This document shows, in pieces, positions 20,810 through 29,925 of a stretch of DNA of 64,000 nt. Numbering within the stretch: the stretch's first letter is position 1; the number at the start of each line of letters is the position of its first letter. The stretch lies in assembly GCA_963720115.1 (NCBI GenBank), contig CAVREN010000064.1, positions 35,753-99,752 of the forward strand. The letters are read 5' to 3'. Both the position numbers and the translations under genes were made by a program. The notes beneath the pieces are model-generated. The model saw only the letters and a program-made list of their open reading frames with translations. It had not been told where the DNA came from and searched no databases. The DNA comes from an uncultured Alphaproteobacteria bacterium (GTDB lineage: Bacteria > Pseudomonadota > Alphaproteobacteria > Rhizobiales > Xanthobacteraceae).

Positions 20810-21701
20810 CGGCCAGATCTTCAGCCCAGTCGCGCATGCGCGCGAGCCTGACAAAAGCGTCGGTTCCCGCCGAGAACGGCCGTCCTGCTACCGTCGCCAG
20901 ACTGACTTCCCTTGTTATGGCGACGCTTTCAATGGGGCGCCAGACAACGTCGTCCGGCAGGTAGCTGCTGGCCGTGAAGCCGACGCCGAACCCGGCGCGA
21001 ACGAGATTGAGCAACTGCTCGACGCTGTCGACGCGATGGCGAAAGCGTGGCATGACGCCGCTCGCGGTGCAAAGCTGCCGCAGACGCTGGCATCCGCTGC
21101 ATGTTGCCCGTTCGATCACATCCTCGCCGTCAAGGTCGTGCAGGTCGAGCGTCGTCTTCGCGGCGAGCCGATGGGACGCTGACATTATCAAACGGAAATT
21201 CTCGCTGAAGAGCGGCCAGGCCCTCATGCGCGGCGGCATCGCGCCGCTTTCGGTCAGAATCACCAAATCCGCTTCGCCTTTCAGCACGGCGTCGCGAATC
21301 TGAAGCTCTGGACCACCCTCTACAGTCAGCTCGAAATTCGGCACGCCGTGACAGACGCTGTTTAATACGCCGGTGAACAGCCGGCTCGGGATGGAATTGG
21401 CAAGTCCAAGCCTCAAGTGCACCACATCGCCGCGTTTCAACGCCTCCGCCAGCGCGCGCGCCGACTTCGCCGCCAAATAGCTTTGCTCGATGTGCGGAAG
21501 CATGGCGCGACCGAGCGCGGTCAGATGCGTATTCGCCCGCTCGCGATGGAATAGCGGCCCGCCCAATTCGGCTTCCAGGTTCTTGATGGCACGCGTCAGC
21601 GAGGGCTGGCTGACGTTGCATTCCTCTGCGGCCTTGGTGAAATTCAAGGTCCGCGCGACGGCGAGAAAATAGCGAACCTGATGTGTCTCCATTGGCCGCA
21701 T
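20796..21701 (-). CDS. LysR family transcriptional regulator
   Basis: N-terminal wHTH (THQVRYFLAVARTLNFTKAAEECNVSQPSLTRAIKNLE) plus a substrate-binding domain. Its 3' end overlaps the AhpC-like gene convergently by 14 nt. Confidence 0.93.
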   Translation of the reverse strand: MRPMETHQVRYFLAVARTLNFTKAAEECNVSQPSLTRAIKNLEAELGGPLFHRERANTHLTALGRAMLPHIEQSYLAAKSARALAEALKRGDVVHLRLGLANSIPSRLFTGVLNSVCHGVPNFELTVEGGPELQIRDAVLKGEADLVILTESGAMPPRMRAWPLFSENFRLIMSASHRLAAKTTLDLHDLDGEDVIERATCSGCQRLRQLCTASGVMPRFRHRVDSVEQLLNLVRAGFGVGFTASSYLPDDVVWRPIESVAITREVSLATVAGRPFSAGTDAFVRLARMRDWAEDLAAIEA

Positions 21702-21925
21702 CCCTCGTCAGCCGGCGAAAAGATAGCGGCCGGGAGTTGCGGGTCAATCGTCACCGGTTTGCCTCGCCCTCAATTCGCCGTGTCAGCCCGGGCACTTTGC
21801 ATCAACTTTTCGCCGAAGCAGGGTTCGCCAAAATTGGCAGAAACTCTCGACCTTTCCACAATTGTGGATTCTATTGGTGACCCAGCGAATCAGTGGAATT
21901 GGCCGCTGAAAGCACTCGGCTGGGC

Positions 21926-22840
21926 ATGACCAAGCACGTCGCCGTTCTGATGGGAGGCTGGTCGGCGGAGCGCGAAGTCTCGTTGCGCTCGGGGAAGGCG
22001 TGTGCCGATGCGCTTGTTCGCCTCGGCTATCGCGTTACCGCAATCGATGCAGGCCGCGACGTCGCCGCGGCATTGACCACGGCCAATCCGGACCTCGCCC
22101 TCAATGTGCTGCATGGCCGGCCGGGCGAGGACGGAACGCTGCAAGGCGTGCTGGAAATTCTCGGCATTCCCTACACCCATTCCGGCGTGCTCGCTTCCGC
22201 GGTCGCCATGCACAAGGGCTATGCCAAGGCGATTTTCCGCGCGGCCGATATTCCGGTCGCCGAAGACATTGTGGCGCCGCGCCTCGAAGCGGCCAAGCAG
22301 CACCTCATGGCGCCGCCTTACGTCATCAAGCCGATGGCGGAGGGCTCGAGCGTCGGCGTCTTCATCGTCACGGAAGATCAGCCGCATCCGCCGCAGGAGC
22401 TTTACCGCGAGGACTGGGCGTTCGGCGAACAGATCCTGATCGAACGCTACATCCCGGGAAAAGAACTGACTTGCGCGGTAATCGGCGACCGGGCGCTCGA
22501 CGTGATCGATATCGTGCCGGCCACGGCCTTCTACGATTACGAGGCGAAATATGCCGCCGGCGGCTCCCGCCACGTTCTACCGGCGCAAATTTTACCAAAT
22601 GTTTACCAGGAGGTCCGCAGACTCGCTTTGGCTGCCCACGACGCGATTGGCTGCCGCGGCGTGAGCCGCGCCGACTTTCGCTACGACGATCGGGGAACGG
22701 GGAAGCTGGTCTGTCTTGAGATCAATACACAGCCGGGCATGACCGAAACCTCGCTCGTGCCCGAGCTTGCTGCTTACGCGGGGATCACCTTCGACGAGCT
22801 GGTGAGATGGATGGTGGAGGACGCCTCGACCAACCGCTGA
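21926..22840 (+). CDS. ddl: D-alanine--D-alanine ligase
   Basis: 304 aa counted from ATG 21926 (MTKHVAVLMGGWSAEREVSLRSG) with an ATP-grasp fold (EINTQPGMTETSL). Confidence 0.93.
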   Translation: MTKHVAVLMGGWSAEREVSLRSGKACADALVRLGYRVTAIDAGRDVAAALTTANPDLALNVLHGRPGEDGTLQGVLEILGIPYTHSGVLASAVAMHKGYAKAIFRAADIPVAEDIVAPRLEAAKQHLMAPPYVIKPMAEGSSVGVFIVTEDQPHPPQELYREDWAFGEQILIERYIPGKELTCAVIGDRALDVIDIVPATAFYDYEAKYAAGGSRHVLPAQILPNVYQEVRRLALAAHDAIGCRGVSRADFRYDDRGTGKLVCLEINTQPGMTETSLVPELAAYAGITFDELVRWMVEDASTNR

Positions 22841-23841
22841 TGCGGTCGGGGCTACAGCGGGGACCTGAAGCGGAAGGTGTCGGCTCGCCTTTCCGCGCGC
22901 CGCTGCGCCGTGAGCGGGTGGGGCGCCGGCGGCGGCGCTTCCCCTTCGACCTTCAGCGCTGGCGCGATCGGCTCGATCGCACGCGCTCGCTCGCCTGGGT
23001 GGCGGCCTATCGGCAGTGGATCGAACGATTTGCGCGGCGGCCGCCGCCGCGCGGCGTCGGCATTGCCGGCGCGCTGCTGTTTCTTGCTCTGGCGCTCGGA
23101 TACGGCGCCGCCATCGGCGGCCATGTGCCGGTCATCGTCGATTGGCTGAAGGACACCCGCGACCAGGCGGCCAATGCCGCCGGCTTCCGCATCGCCGCCG
23201 TCTCGCTCACCGGACAAAAAGAAGTCGGCCACGAGGAGGTGCTCGCCATCGCCGGCGTGATCGGCCACGTGTCGCTTTTGTTCCTCGATGCCGAGGCGGC
23301 GCGTGCGCGGCTGATGGCCAATCCTTGGATCGCCGATGCGGCGGTGCTCAAGCTCTACCCCGACCGCTTGCAGATCAGCGTCACCGAGCGGCAGGCTTTC
23401 GCGCTCTGGCAGAAGGACGGCAGCGTCAGCGTGATCGCCGCGGACGGCACGGTGCTCGAGCCGTTCATCGAGGACCGCTACCGCAATTTGCCGCTCCTGG
23501 TCGGCAAGGGTGCCGAACGCGCCGGCCACGATTTTATCGCCATTCTCGACCGCTTTCCCGATATCCGCGCCATGCTGCGCGCCTCGATCTTCGTGGCTGA
23601 GCGGCGCTGGAATCTGCGGCTCACCAATGGGCTCGATGTGCGGTTGCCGGAAGCCGGCGTCGAGCAGGCGCTCGAGCGGCTGGTCGCGCTCGATCGCGAG
23701 AAGAAGCTTCTGTCGCGCGACATCACTTCGGTCGATCTGCGGCTGCCCGATCGCGTCACCGTCCGCTTGTCGGATGCGGCGGCGCAGGCGCGCGAAGACG
23801 CGCTCAAGGACAAGAAAAAGAAGAAAGGAGGCGATGCATGA
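22840..23841 (+). CDS. ftsQ: Cell division protein FtsQ
   Basis: ATG 22840 overlaps the ddl TGA by 1 nt. A basic N-terminus and one TM segment (IAGALLFLALALGYGAAIG) are followed by a POTRA-like domain. ATG 22807 is an alternative start. Conserved position. Confidence 0.88.
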   Translation: MRSGLQRGPEAEGVGSPFRAPLRRERVGRRRRRFPFDLQRWRDRLDRTRSLAWVAAYRQWIERFARRPPPRGVGIAGALLFLALALGYGAAIGGHVPVIVDWLKDTRDQAANAAGFRIAAVSLTGQKEVGHEEVLAIAGVIGHVSLLFLDAEAARARLMANPWIADAAVLKLYPDRLQISVTERQAFALWQKDGSVSVIAADGTVLEPFIEDRYRNLPLLVGKGAERAGHDFIAILDRFPDIRAMLRASIFVAERRWNLRLTNGLDVRLPEAGVEQALERLVALDREKKLLSRDITSVDLRLPDRVTVRLSDAAAQAREDALKDKKKKKGGDA

Positions 23842-25163
23842 GCTCCCTCCATTACGGCCTGACGCCCAAGATGAAGCCGATCCCGCCGCGGCGGAGCGCG
23901 CTGGTGGCGGCGCTTGATGTCGGCTCGAGCAAGATCGCCTGCCTGATCGCGCGGCTTCGTCCGCACGCGCCGCAACAGGTGCTCACCCGGCGCACCCATG
24001 CGGTCGAGGTGGTCGGTTATGGGCATGCTGCCGCGCGCGGCACCAAGGCGGGCGGCGTGGTCAATCTGGCGCAAGCCGAAGATGCGATCCGCCAGGCCGT
24101 CGATTGCGCCGAGCGCATGGCGTCGGTGGAAATCGAATCGGTGGTGCTCTCGGTCTCGGCCGGGCGGCTCGCCAGCGACCTGTTCGCGGCCGAGGTGAGC
24201 ATCGAAGGCTCGGCAGTGTCGGAAGGCGACATCGGACGGGTATTGGCTGCCGGCAACCGGCATTCGCTGCGCGAGGGCCGCGCCGTGCTGCATTCGCTGC
24301 CGATCGGCTATTCGATCGACGGCGGCAACGGCATCCGCGATCCGCGCGGCATGCTCGGCTCACGCTTCGGCGTCGACATGCACGTCGCGACGACGGACGT
24401 GACCTCGGCGCGCAATCTGATGCTCGCAGTCGAGCGCAGCCATCTGACCATCGAGGCGATGGTGGCGAGTCCTTATGTCGCCGGCCTTTCCGTGCTGGCC
24501 GATGACGAGGGCGACCTTGGCGCCGCGGTGGTCGATATGGGTGCAGGCACGACCACCATCGCGGTGTTCGCCGGCGGCCGTTTCGTGCATTCGGAGGGCT
24601 TCGCGCTCGGCGGCCACCACGTCACCCTCGATATGGCGCGCGGCTTGAACGCGAGCGTCGCCGACGCCGAGCGCATCAAGACCTTTTACGGCAGCGTGCT
24701 GCTCGGCGGCTCGGACGAGCGCGACATGATCACCGTGCCGACGATCGGCGAGGACGAGCGCGATCACGCCCAGTTCGTGCCCCGCTCCACGCTCGTGCAC
24801 ATCATCAAGCCGCGCGTCGAGGAAATTCTGGAAATGGTGCGCGACCGGCTCAGAGCCTCGTCTTTCGCTGCCGAAGCGCGCGGCCGCGTCATCATCACCG
24901 GCGGCGCCAGTCAGATGACCGGATTGCCGGAGCTCGCCTCGCATATTTTCGGCCGTCCGGTGCGCCTCGGCCGGCCGCTCGGCATTGCGGGCTTGCCGGA
25001 GGCGGCGAAAGGGGCGGCGTTTGCGGTTGCGACCGGCTTGTTGGTCTACCCGCAGGCCGCGCACCTCGAATACTTCGAAACACGCAGTAAGCGGTTCCTC
25101 AGGAGTGGCACGGGCGGCGGCTATCTCGCCCGGGTCGGACAGTGGCTTCGTGAGAGTTTCTGA
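23838..25163 (+). CDS. ftsA: Cell division protein FtsA
   Basis: 441-aa actin-fold ORF (ALDVGSSKIACLIA ... VVDMGAGTTTIAVF ... ITGGASQMTGL). ATGA overlap with ftsQ. Confidence 0.95.
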   Translation: MSSLHYGLTPKMKPIPPRRSALVAALDVGSSKIACLIARLRPHAPQQVLTRRTHAVEVVGYGHAAARGTKAGGVVNLAQAEDAIRQAVDCAERMASVEIESVVLSVSAGRLASDLFAAEVSIEGSAVSEGDIGRVLAAGNRHSLREGRAVLHSLPIGYSIDGGNGIRDPRGMLGSRFGVDMHVATTDVTSARNLMLAVERSHLTIEAMVASPYVAGLSVLADDEGDLGAAVVDMGAGTTTIAVFAGGRFVHSEGFALGGHHVTLDMARGLNASVADAERIKTFYGSVLLGGSDERDMITVPTIGEDERDHAQFVPRSTLVHIIKPRVEEILEMVRDRLRASSFAAEARGRVIITGGASQMTGLPELASHIFGRPVRLGRPLGIAGLPEAAKGAAFAVATGLLVYPQAAHLEYFETRSKRFLRSGTGGGYLARVGQWLRESF

Positions 25164-25284
25164 TGGCGCCCAAGCATCAAGCCAACACACCAACCATGGC
25201 GCTGCGACCGACATCATCATGGCCGGTGGCGGATCGGCCGGAACCGGACGTTGAACACGCCCGCGCAAGAAAGAAGAGGCAATC

Positions 25285-27096
25285 ATGACGATCAACTTGA
25301 AAATCCCCGACATCCGTGAGCTGAAGCCGCGCATCACCGTATTCGGCGTCGGCGGCGCTGGCGGCAACGCGGTCAACAACATGATCAGCGCCGGTCTCCA
25401 GGGTGTCGACTTCGTCGTGGCGAACACCGACGCGCAGGCGCTCACCATGTCGAAGGCCGAGCGCATCATCCAAATGGGCGTGCAGGTGACCGAGGGGCTC
25501 GGCGCTGGCTCGCAGCCCGATGTCGGCCGCGCCGCCGCGGAGGAAGTGATCGACGAGATCCGCGATCATCTCTCCGGCGCGCACATGGTGTTCGTGACCG
25601 CCGGCATGGGCGGCGGCACCGGCACCGGCGCCGCGCCGGTGATCGCACGTGCCGCGCAGGAGGCCGGCATCCTCACCGTCGGCGTCGTGACCAAGCCGTT
25701 CCATTTCGAGGGCCAGCGCCGCATGCGGGTCGCCGACGGCGGCATTACCGAGCTGCAGAAATGCGTCGACACGCTGCTCATCATTCCCAACCAGAATCTG
25801 TTCCGGGTGGCGAATGAGAAGACGACATTCGCCGACGCCTTCGCCATGGCCGACCAGGTGCTCTATTCCGGCGTCGCCTGCATCACCGATCTGATGGTCA
25901 AGGAAGGCCTGATCAATCTCGACTTCGCCGACGTCCGCGCCGTGATGCGTGAGATGGGCAAGGCGATGATGGGTACCGGCGAAGCCGAAGGCGAGAAGCG
26001 CGCGATGACGGCCGCGGAAGCGGCGATCTCGAACCCGCTGATCGACGATGCCTCGATGAAGGGCGCCAAAGGGCTTCTCATCTCCATCAGCGGCGGCCGC
26101 GACCTGACGCTCTACGAGGTCGACGAAGCGGCCACCCGCATCCGCGAGGAAGTCGACCAGGACGCCAACATCATCGTCGGCGCCACGTTCGACGAAGGGC
26201 TGGAAGGCATCATCCGCGTGTCGGTGGTGGCGACCGGCATCGATCATGCGTTGGCGCAGCGGCCTCCGGTCGCGGCGTCGGCCGAGGCGCGGATCGCCGA
26301 GGTCGCGCAACGGCTGCGCGCCGACAATGAGCGGGTTGCGCAGCGCCTGGACCGGGCCGAACCGGCTCGGGCCGCCGCTGCCCCGCCGCCACCGCCGGCC
26401 GCGCATCCCGCGGGCCTCGATGAATCGATCGAATCGGCCAAGGCGGCGATGGCCGCGGCCATCTTGCCGCAGAGCTCCGGCCCCGAGGTGACCATCCGGC
26501 CGCTCGGGCCTAAGCCCTCGTTGTTCATCGATCCGGCGACGCAGCCCGCCATGCATGAGGCGCCGGAGCCGGAGGCCTTCATCCCGCCGCAGCCTGAGCG
26601 GGTGTCGCCACGCGGCATGCGCATGCCGCGAATCGACGAGCTGCCGGTACCGGCGCAGAAAGCGATTCGCGCCCGTCGCGGCGAGCTCCAGGAAGAGCAT
26701 CCGGAAAAGCGCCGCACGTCGCTCTTGCAGCGGCTGGCGGCCGTTGGTCTCGGCCGGCGTGACGACGACGAAGAGGCAGCGCCCATCCCGCCAAAGGCCG
26801 TGGCGCCGATGCCGGCCATGCCGCCCGTGCCGCCGATGCCGCAGGTCCCGACCGAGCGGCCGCTGGGCCGGCCGATGGCCCCGCGCCAAGAGATGCGCCA
26901 AGACCCTCGCCAAGACCCTCGCCAAGACCCTCGCCAAGAGATGCGGCCCGAGCCCCGTCCGGAGCCGGTATCGGAATATGCCAAGCGTGGAGGGCCTCAG
27001 GGGCTGGACCAGCACGGGCGGCAGATGCCTGTGCATAACCGCAGCGAGGAAGACCAGCTTGACATCCCGGCGTTCCTCCGCCGGCAGGCGAACTAA
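25285..27096 (+). CDS. ftsZ: Cell division GTPase FtsZ with a long disordered linker
   Basis: Tubulin signature [10 protein letters not shown] and the N-terminal motif [13 protein letters not shown]. The C-terminal conserved peptide is [12 protein letters not shown] roughly 250-aa Pro/Ala/Arg-rich linker includes 3 perfect 12-bp tandem repeats (26899-26934). Confidence 0.97.
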   Translation: MTINLKIPDIRELKPRITVFGVGGAGGNAVNNMISAGLQGVDFVVANTDAQALTMSKAERIIQMGVQVTEGLGAGSQPDVGRAAAEEVIDEIRDHLSGAHMVFVTAGMGGGTGTGAAPVIARAAQEAGILTVGVVTKPFHFEGQRRMRVADGGITELQKCVDTLLIIPNQNLFRVANEKTTFADAFAMADQVLYSGVACITDLMVKEGLINLDFADVRAVMREMGKAMMGTGEAEGEKRAMTAAEAAISNPLIDDASMKGAKGLLISISGGRDLTLYEVDEAATRIREEVDQDANIIVGATFDEGLEGIIRVSVVATGIDHALAQRPPVAASAEARIAEVAQRLRADNERVAQRLDRAEPARAAAAPPPPPAAHPAGLDESIESAKAAMAAAILPQSSGPEVTIRPLGPKPSLFIDPATQPAMHEAPEPEAFIPPQPERVSPRGMRMPRIDELPVPAQKAIRARRGELQEEHPEKRRTSLLQRLAAVGLGRRDDDEEAAPIPPKAVAPMPAMPPVPPMPQVPTERPLGRPMAPRQEMRQDPRQDPRQDPRQEMRPEPRPEPVSEYAKRGGPQGLDQHGRQMPVHNRSEEDQLDIPAFLRRQAN

Positions 27097-27132
27097 CGCC
27101 TCCCGCGACGAAGCTTGTCGCCGATCGGCTGC

Positions 27133-27156
27133 GGGCGGACCCACAACGGTCCGCCC
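27133..27156 (+). terminator. GC-rich hairpin downstream of ftsZ (candidate terminator)
   Basis: GGGCGGACC-CACAAC-GGTCCGCCC forms a perfect 9-bp stem 37 nt after the ftsZ stop. No T-tract follows, so the intrinsic-terminator call is tentative. Confidence 0.4.
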
Positions 27157-27562
27157 GGCCCGGCCTGCTCCGCAGAACGCAGGCAAGAGGCTGATTTTGC
27201 TAAAGATTTATGGTTCTAGGCAAGCCCTGCGGGTCTCTTCCGAGCTGCCTTGCCCTCATCCGATGTATGACAAAGCCGGACCGCTTTAGGCGCATTGCCG
27301 ACAAGACTGCGGCCAGAACAAGGTAACACTTGGTAAGAAACCGTGAGTTGGCCGCGAATCGTGTCACCGGTATGGTTTATTTGTCGACGGGGAATCAGAG
27401 GCGGGGTTGCGGTGGCGGGAGTCTGACGGTTAACGCGCCTGGACAATTGACAGACAGCGGTTAACGACGGTCTCCTTGCACAGCCTTCGCACTCTCAGGA
27501 TGGGGTCAGCTCGGTTGCCAAAGCAAGTTTGCTGAAAGCAACCCGGCTAAAAGGTGTAGGGC

Positions 27563-28534
27563 ATGACGAGGGGCATGCAAGCCGGCAGGCAGACGACCCT
27601 GCGCGAGCGCGTCGCCGTCAAAGGCATTGGCGTCCATTCCGGATGGCCCGCCACCGTGACGCTGCATCCGGCGCAAGCCGACACCGGCATCGTCTTTGTG
27701 CGCTGCGGAGCTGGCAGCGAAAAGGATCGCGAGCTTCCGGCCAACTTCCGCTCGGTCACGGCCACTGAGTTCGCCACAGTCCTCGGCGACAAATCCGGCC
27801 CGGCCGTGTCCACCACCGAACACGTCTTGGCGGCGCTCTTTGGCCTCGGCGTCGACAATGCGATGGTCGAGGTGGATGGCCCCGAAATCCCGATCATGGA
27901 CGGCAGCGCCGCCGCTTTCGTCGCGGCGATCGATCGCGCCGGCGTCGTCGCCACCTCGGTCCGGCGGCGCTACGTCAAGGTGCTCAAGCCGGTGCGGGTC
28001 AACACCAACGGCTGCTCCGGCGAGTTGCGGCCGCATCCGCGCGGGCTGCGCGTCGAAACCGAAATCGACTTCGATCATCCTTTGATCGGCCGGCAAAAAT
28101 TCGCGCTCGATCTCGAGCCGCAGGCGTTCCGCCGCGAGCTGGCGCGTGCGCGCACCTTCGGCTTCATGCGCGATGTCACCAAGTTGTGGAATGCGGGCTA
28201 CGCGCTGGGCGCCTCGTTCGAGAATACCGTCGTGATCGCCGAAGATCGCGTCCTCAATGCGGATGGCGTGCGCTTCCCCGACGAGTTCGTCCGCCACAAG
28301 GCGGTCGATGCGCTCGGCGATCTGGCGCTCGCCGGCGCTCCGCTGATCGGCGCCTATCGCTCGGTACGCGGCGGCCACAAGCTGAACCATGCCGTGGTCA
28401 CCGCGCTGATGAACGATCCGACGGCCTGGACCTACACGGAGCTGGAAGAGCCCGTGCCCGTGCGCCGGCCGCGGGGCCATGCCGATCTCGGCGCGGGCTT
28501 CGCCGTGCCGGCCTACGGCCCCGAGATCTCGTGA
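27563..28534 (+). CDS. lpxC: UDP-3-O-acyl-N-acetylglucosamine deacetylase
   Basis: 323-aa ORF with LpxC signatures (GIGVHSG, TTEHVLAAL, EFVRHKAVDALGDLAL). Confidence 0.95.
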   Translation: MTRGMQAGRQTTLRERVAVKGIGVHSGWPATVTLHPAQADTGIVFVRCGAGSEKDRELPANFRSVTATEFATVLGDKSGPAVSTTEHVLAALFGLGVDNAMVEVDGPEIPIMDGSAAAFVAAIDRAGVVATSVRRRYVKVLKPVRVNTNGCSGELRPHPRGLRVETEIDFDHPLIGRQKFALDLEPQAFRRELARARTFGFMRDVTKLWNAGYALGASFENTVVIAEDRVLNADGVRFPDEFVRHKAVDALGDLALAGAPLIGAYRSVRGGHKLNHAVVTALMNDPTAWTYTELEEPVPVRRPRGHADLGAGFAVPAYGPEIS

Positions 28535-28689
28535 TTTGCTTGACTTTTTCGCGCCTTAATCCGGGCCGATTGTCTGCCTAGTTAACGCTGGGGCCGCAAA
28601 TCCTCCCCGCGCTACATTTATTGTATCGGTTGGGGCGTTGTGGTCAGTTGGGGCGAAGCCGGCGGCGGCACGGGGTTTTCAACGCGCAC

Positions 28690-29550
28690 ATGATGTGGCG
28701 GTTGCAAGGATCGGCGAGGTCCGGTGGCGGGTCGCGTGCGCTGGCGGCGCTGATGATGATCCTTTGCCTGGGCGCGGTGGTCGCGGGCTGCAGCATCTTC
28801 AGCAAGGAAGACGATTACGTTCCGGAAGACCCCGCCGACAAACTATACAACGAGGGCCTGTTCCTGCTGAACAACAAGCAGGACTTTGAAGGTGCGGCGA
28901 AGAAGTTCGACGAGGTCGACCGTCAGAATCCGTATTCCGACTGGGCGCGCAAGGCGCTGTTGATGTCGGCCTTCTCGTACTATCAGGCGCAGAAATACGA
29001 GGACTGCATCAACGCCGCCAAGCGCTATGTGACGCTGCACCCGGGAAGCCCGGACGCGGCCTACGCTCAGTATCTGATCGGGGTCTCCTATTACGACCAG
29101 ATTCTCGACGTCAATCACGACCAAGCGCGCGCCGACAGGGCGGTCAGCGCGCTGGAAGAAGTGGTGCGCAAATATCCGGATACGGAATATGCGCTCAACG
29201 CCAAGAAAAAGATCGACATGGCGCGCGACCAGCTCGCCGGCAAGGAGATGGAGGTCGGCCGCTTCTACATGAAGAAGCGCGACTTCACCGGCGCCATCAA
29301 CCGCTTCAAGGTCGTGGTGACCCACTTCCAGACGACCCGCGAGGTCGAGGAAGCGCTGGAGCGCCTGACCGAGGCCTACATTGCGCTCGGCATTTTGGAC
29401 GAGGCGCAGACCGCGGCGGCGTTGCTCGGGCATAATTTCCCCGACAGCCCCTGGTACAAGGACGCCTACAGGCTCGTGACATCCGCCGGCGGGCAGCCAT
29501 CCGAGAACAAGGATTCGTGGATGAGCCGCGCCTTCAAATCGCGCGCCTGA
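28690..29550 (+). CDS. bamD: Outer membrane protein assembly factor BamD (lipoprotein)
   Basis: The start was chosen at ATG 28690, giving a signal peptide with the lipobox LGAVVAGC. The remainder contains TPR-like repeats typical of BamD/YfiO (YAQYLIGVSYY, EYALNAKKKI). Confidence 0.88.
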   Translation: MMWRLQGSARSGGGSRALAALMMILCLGAVVAGCSIFSKEDDYVPEDPADKLYNEGLFLLNNKQDFEGAAKKFDEVDRQNPYSDWARKALLMSAFSYYQAQKYEDCINAAKRYVTLHPGSPDAAYAQYLIGVSYYDQILDVNHDQARADRAVSALEEVVRKYPDTEYALNAKKKIDMARDQLAGKEMEVGRFYMKKRDFTGAINRFKVVVTHFQTTREVEEALERLTEAYIALGILDEAQTAAALLGHNFPDSPWYKDAYRLVTSAGGQPSENKDSWMSRAFKSRA

Positions 29551-29575
29551 CGCGTTTCCGCGGAACGTCGAGGAC

Positions 29576-29699
29576 GCATCATTCCGGGACCGAGCGCAAA
29601 CGAGGAATCCGGAATCCATAACCACAAGCGGCGCCTATCCTGCTCCTCCTGTGGCCATGGATTCCGAACTCGCCGTTTCACGGCGATCCGGAATGACGG
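29576..29699. repeat. About 124-bp nested inverted-repeat (MITE-like) element, copy A
   Basis: Outer inverted repeat TCATTCCGGG...CCGGAATGACGG and inner inverted repeat GGAATCCATAACCACA...GTGGCCATGGATTCC. A near-identical copy lies 190 bp downstream and a longer variant at 41032-41232. Confidence 0.85.
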
Positions 29700-29765
29700 A
29701 AGAGCACCGCCGCGCTCCACCTGACGCGTAGCGGCAGAACGGCTAATATCGGCGATCCTTGGGAT

Positions 29766-29889
29766 TCGTCATTCCGGGGCCGAGCGTAAGCGAGGAGCCC
29801 GGAATCCATAACCACAGCCGGCGCACATTCCGCTCCGATCGTGGCTATGGATTCCGGACTCGCCGTTTTACGGCGATCCGGAATGACGG
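29766..29889. repeat. About 124-bp nested inverted-repeat (MITE-like) element, copy B
   Basis: CGTCATTCCGGGG...GGAATCCATAACCACAG...GTGGCTATGGATTCCGGACTCGCCGTTTTACGGCGATCCGGAATGACGG. It is in direct orientation relative to copy A, between bamD and recN. Confidence 0.85.
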
Positions 29890-29925
29890 CAACTTGTCAT
29901 TCGCCACTTACCGCCTGCAGGCATC

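Noticed and set aside
27097-27562. A 466-bp ftsZ-lpxC spacer with a repeated GGTTAACG motif. It was examined for an sRNA, a CtrA box (TTAA-N7-TTAAC) or a small ORF.
   Set aside because: No CtrA-spaced motif, no convincing hairpin-plus-T terminator beyond 27133-27156, and no ORF with an RBS. There is not enough evidence to call a feature.
29890-29925. An alphaproteobacterial SOS (LexA) box, GAAC-N7-GAAC or GTTC-N7-GTTC, upstream of recN. The region upstream of uvrD (44472-44516) was examined as well.
   Set aside because: No match to either form of the motif was seen in these short leaders.
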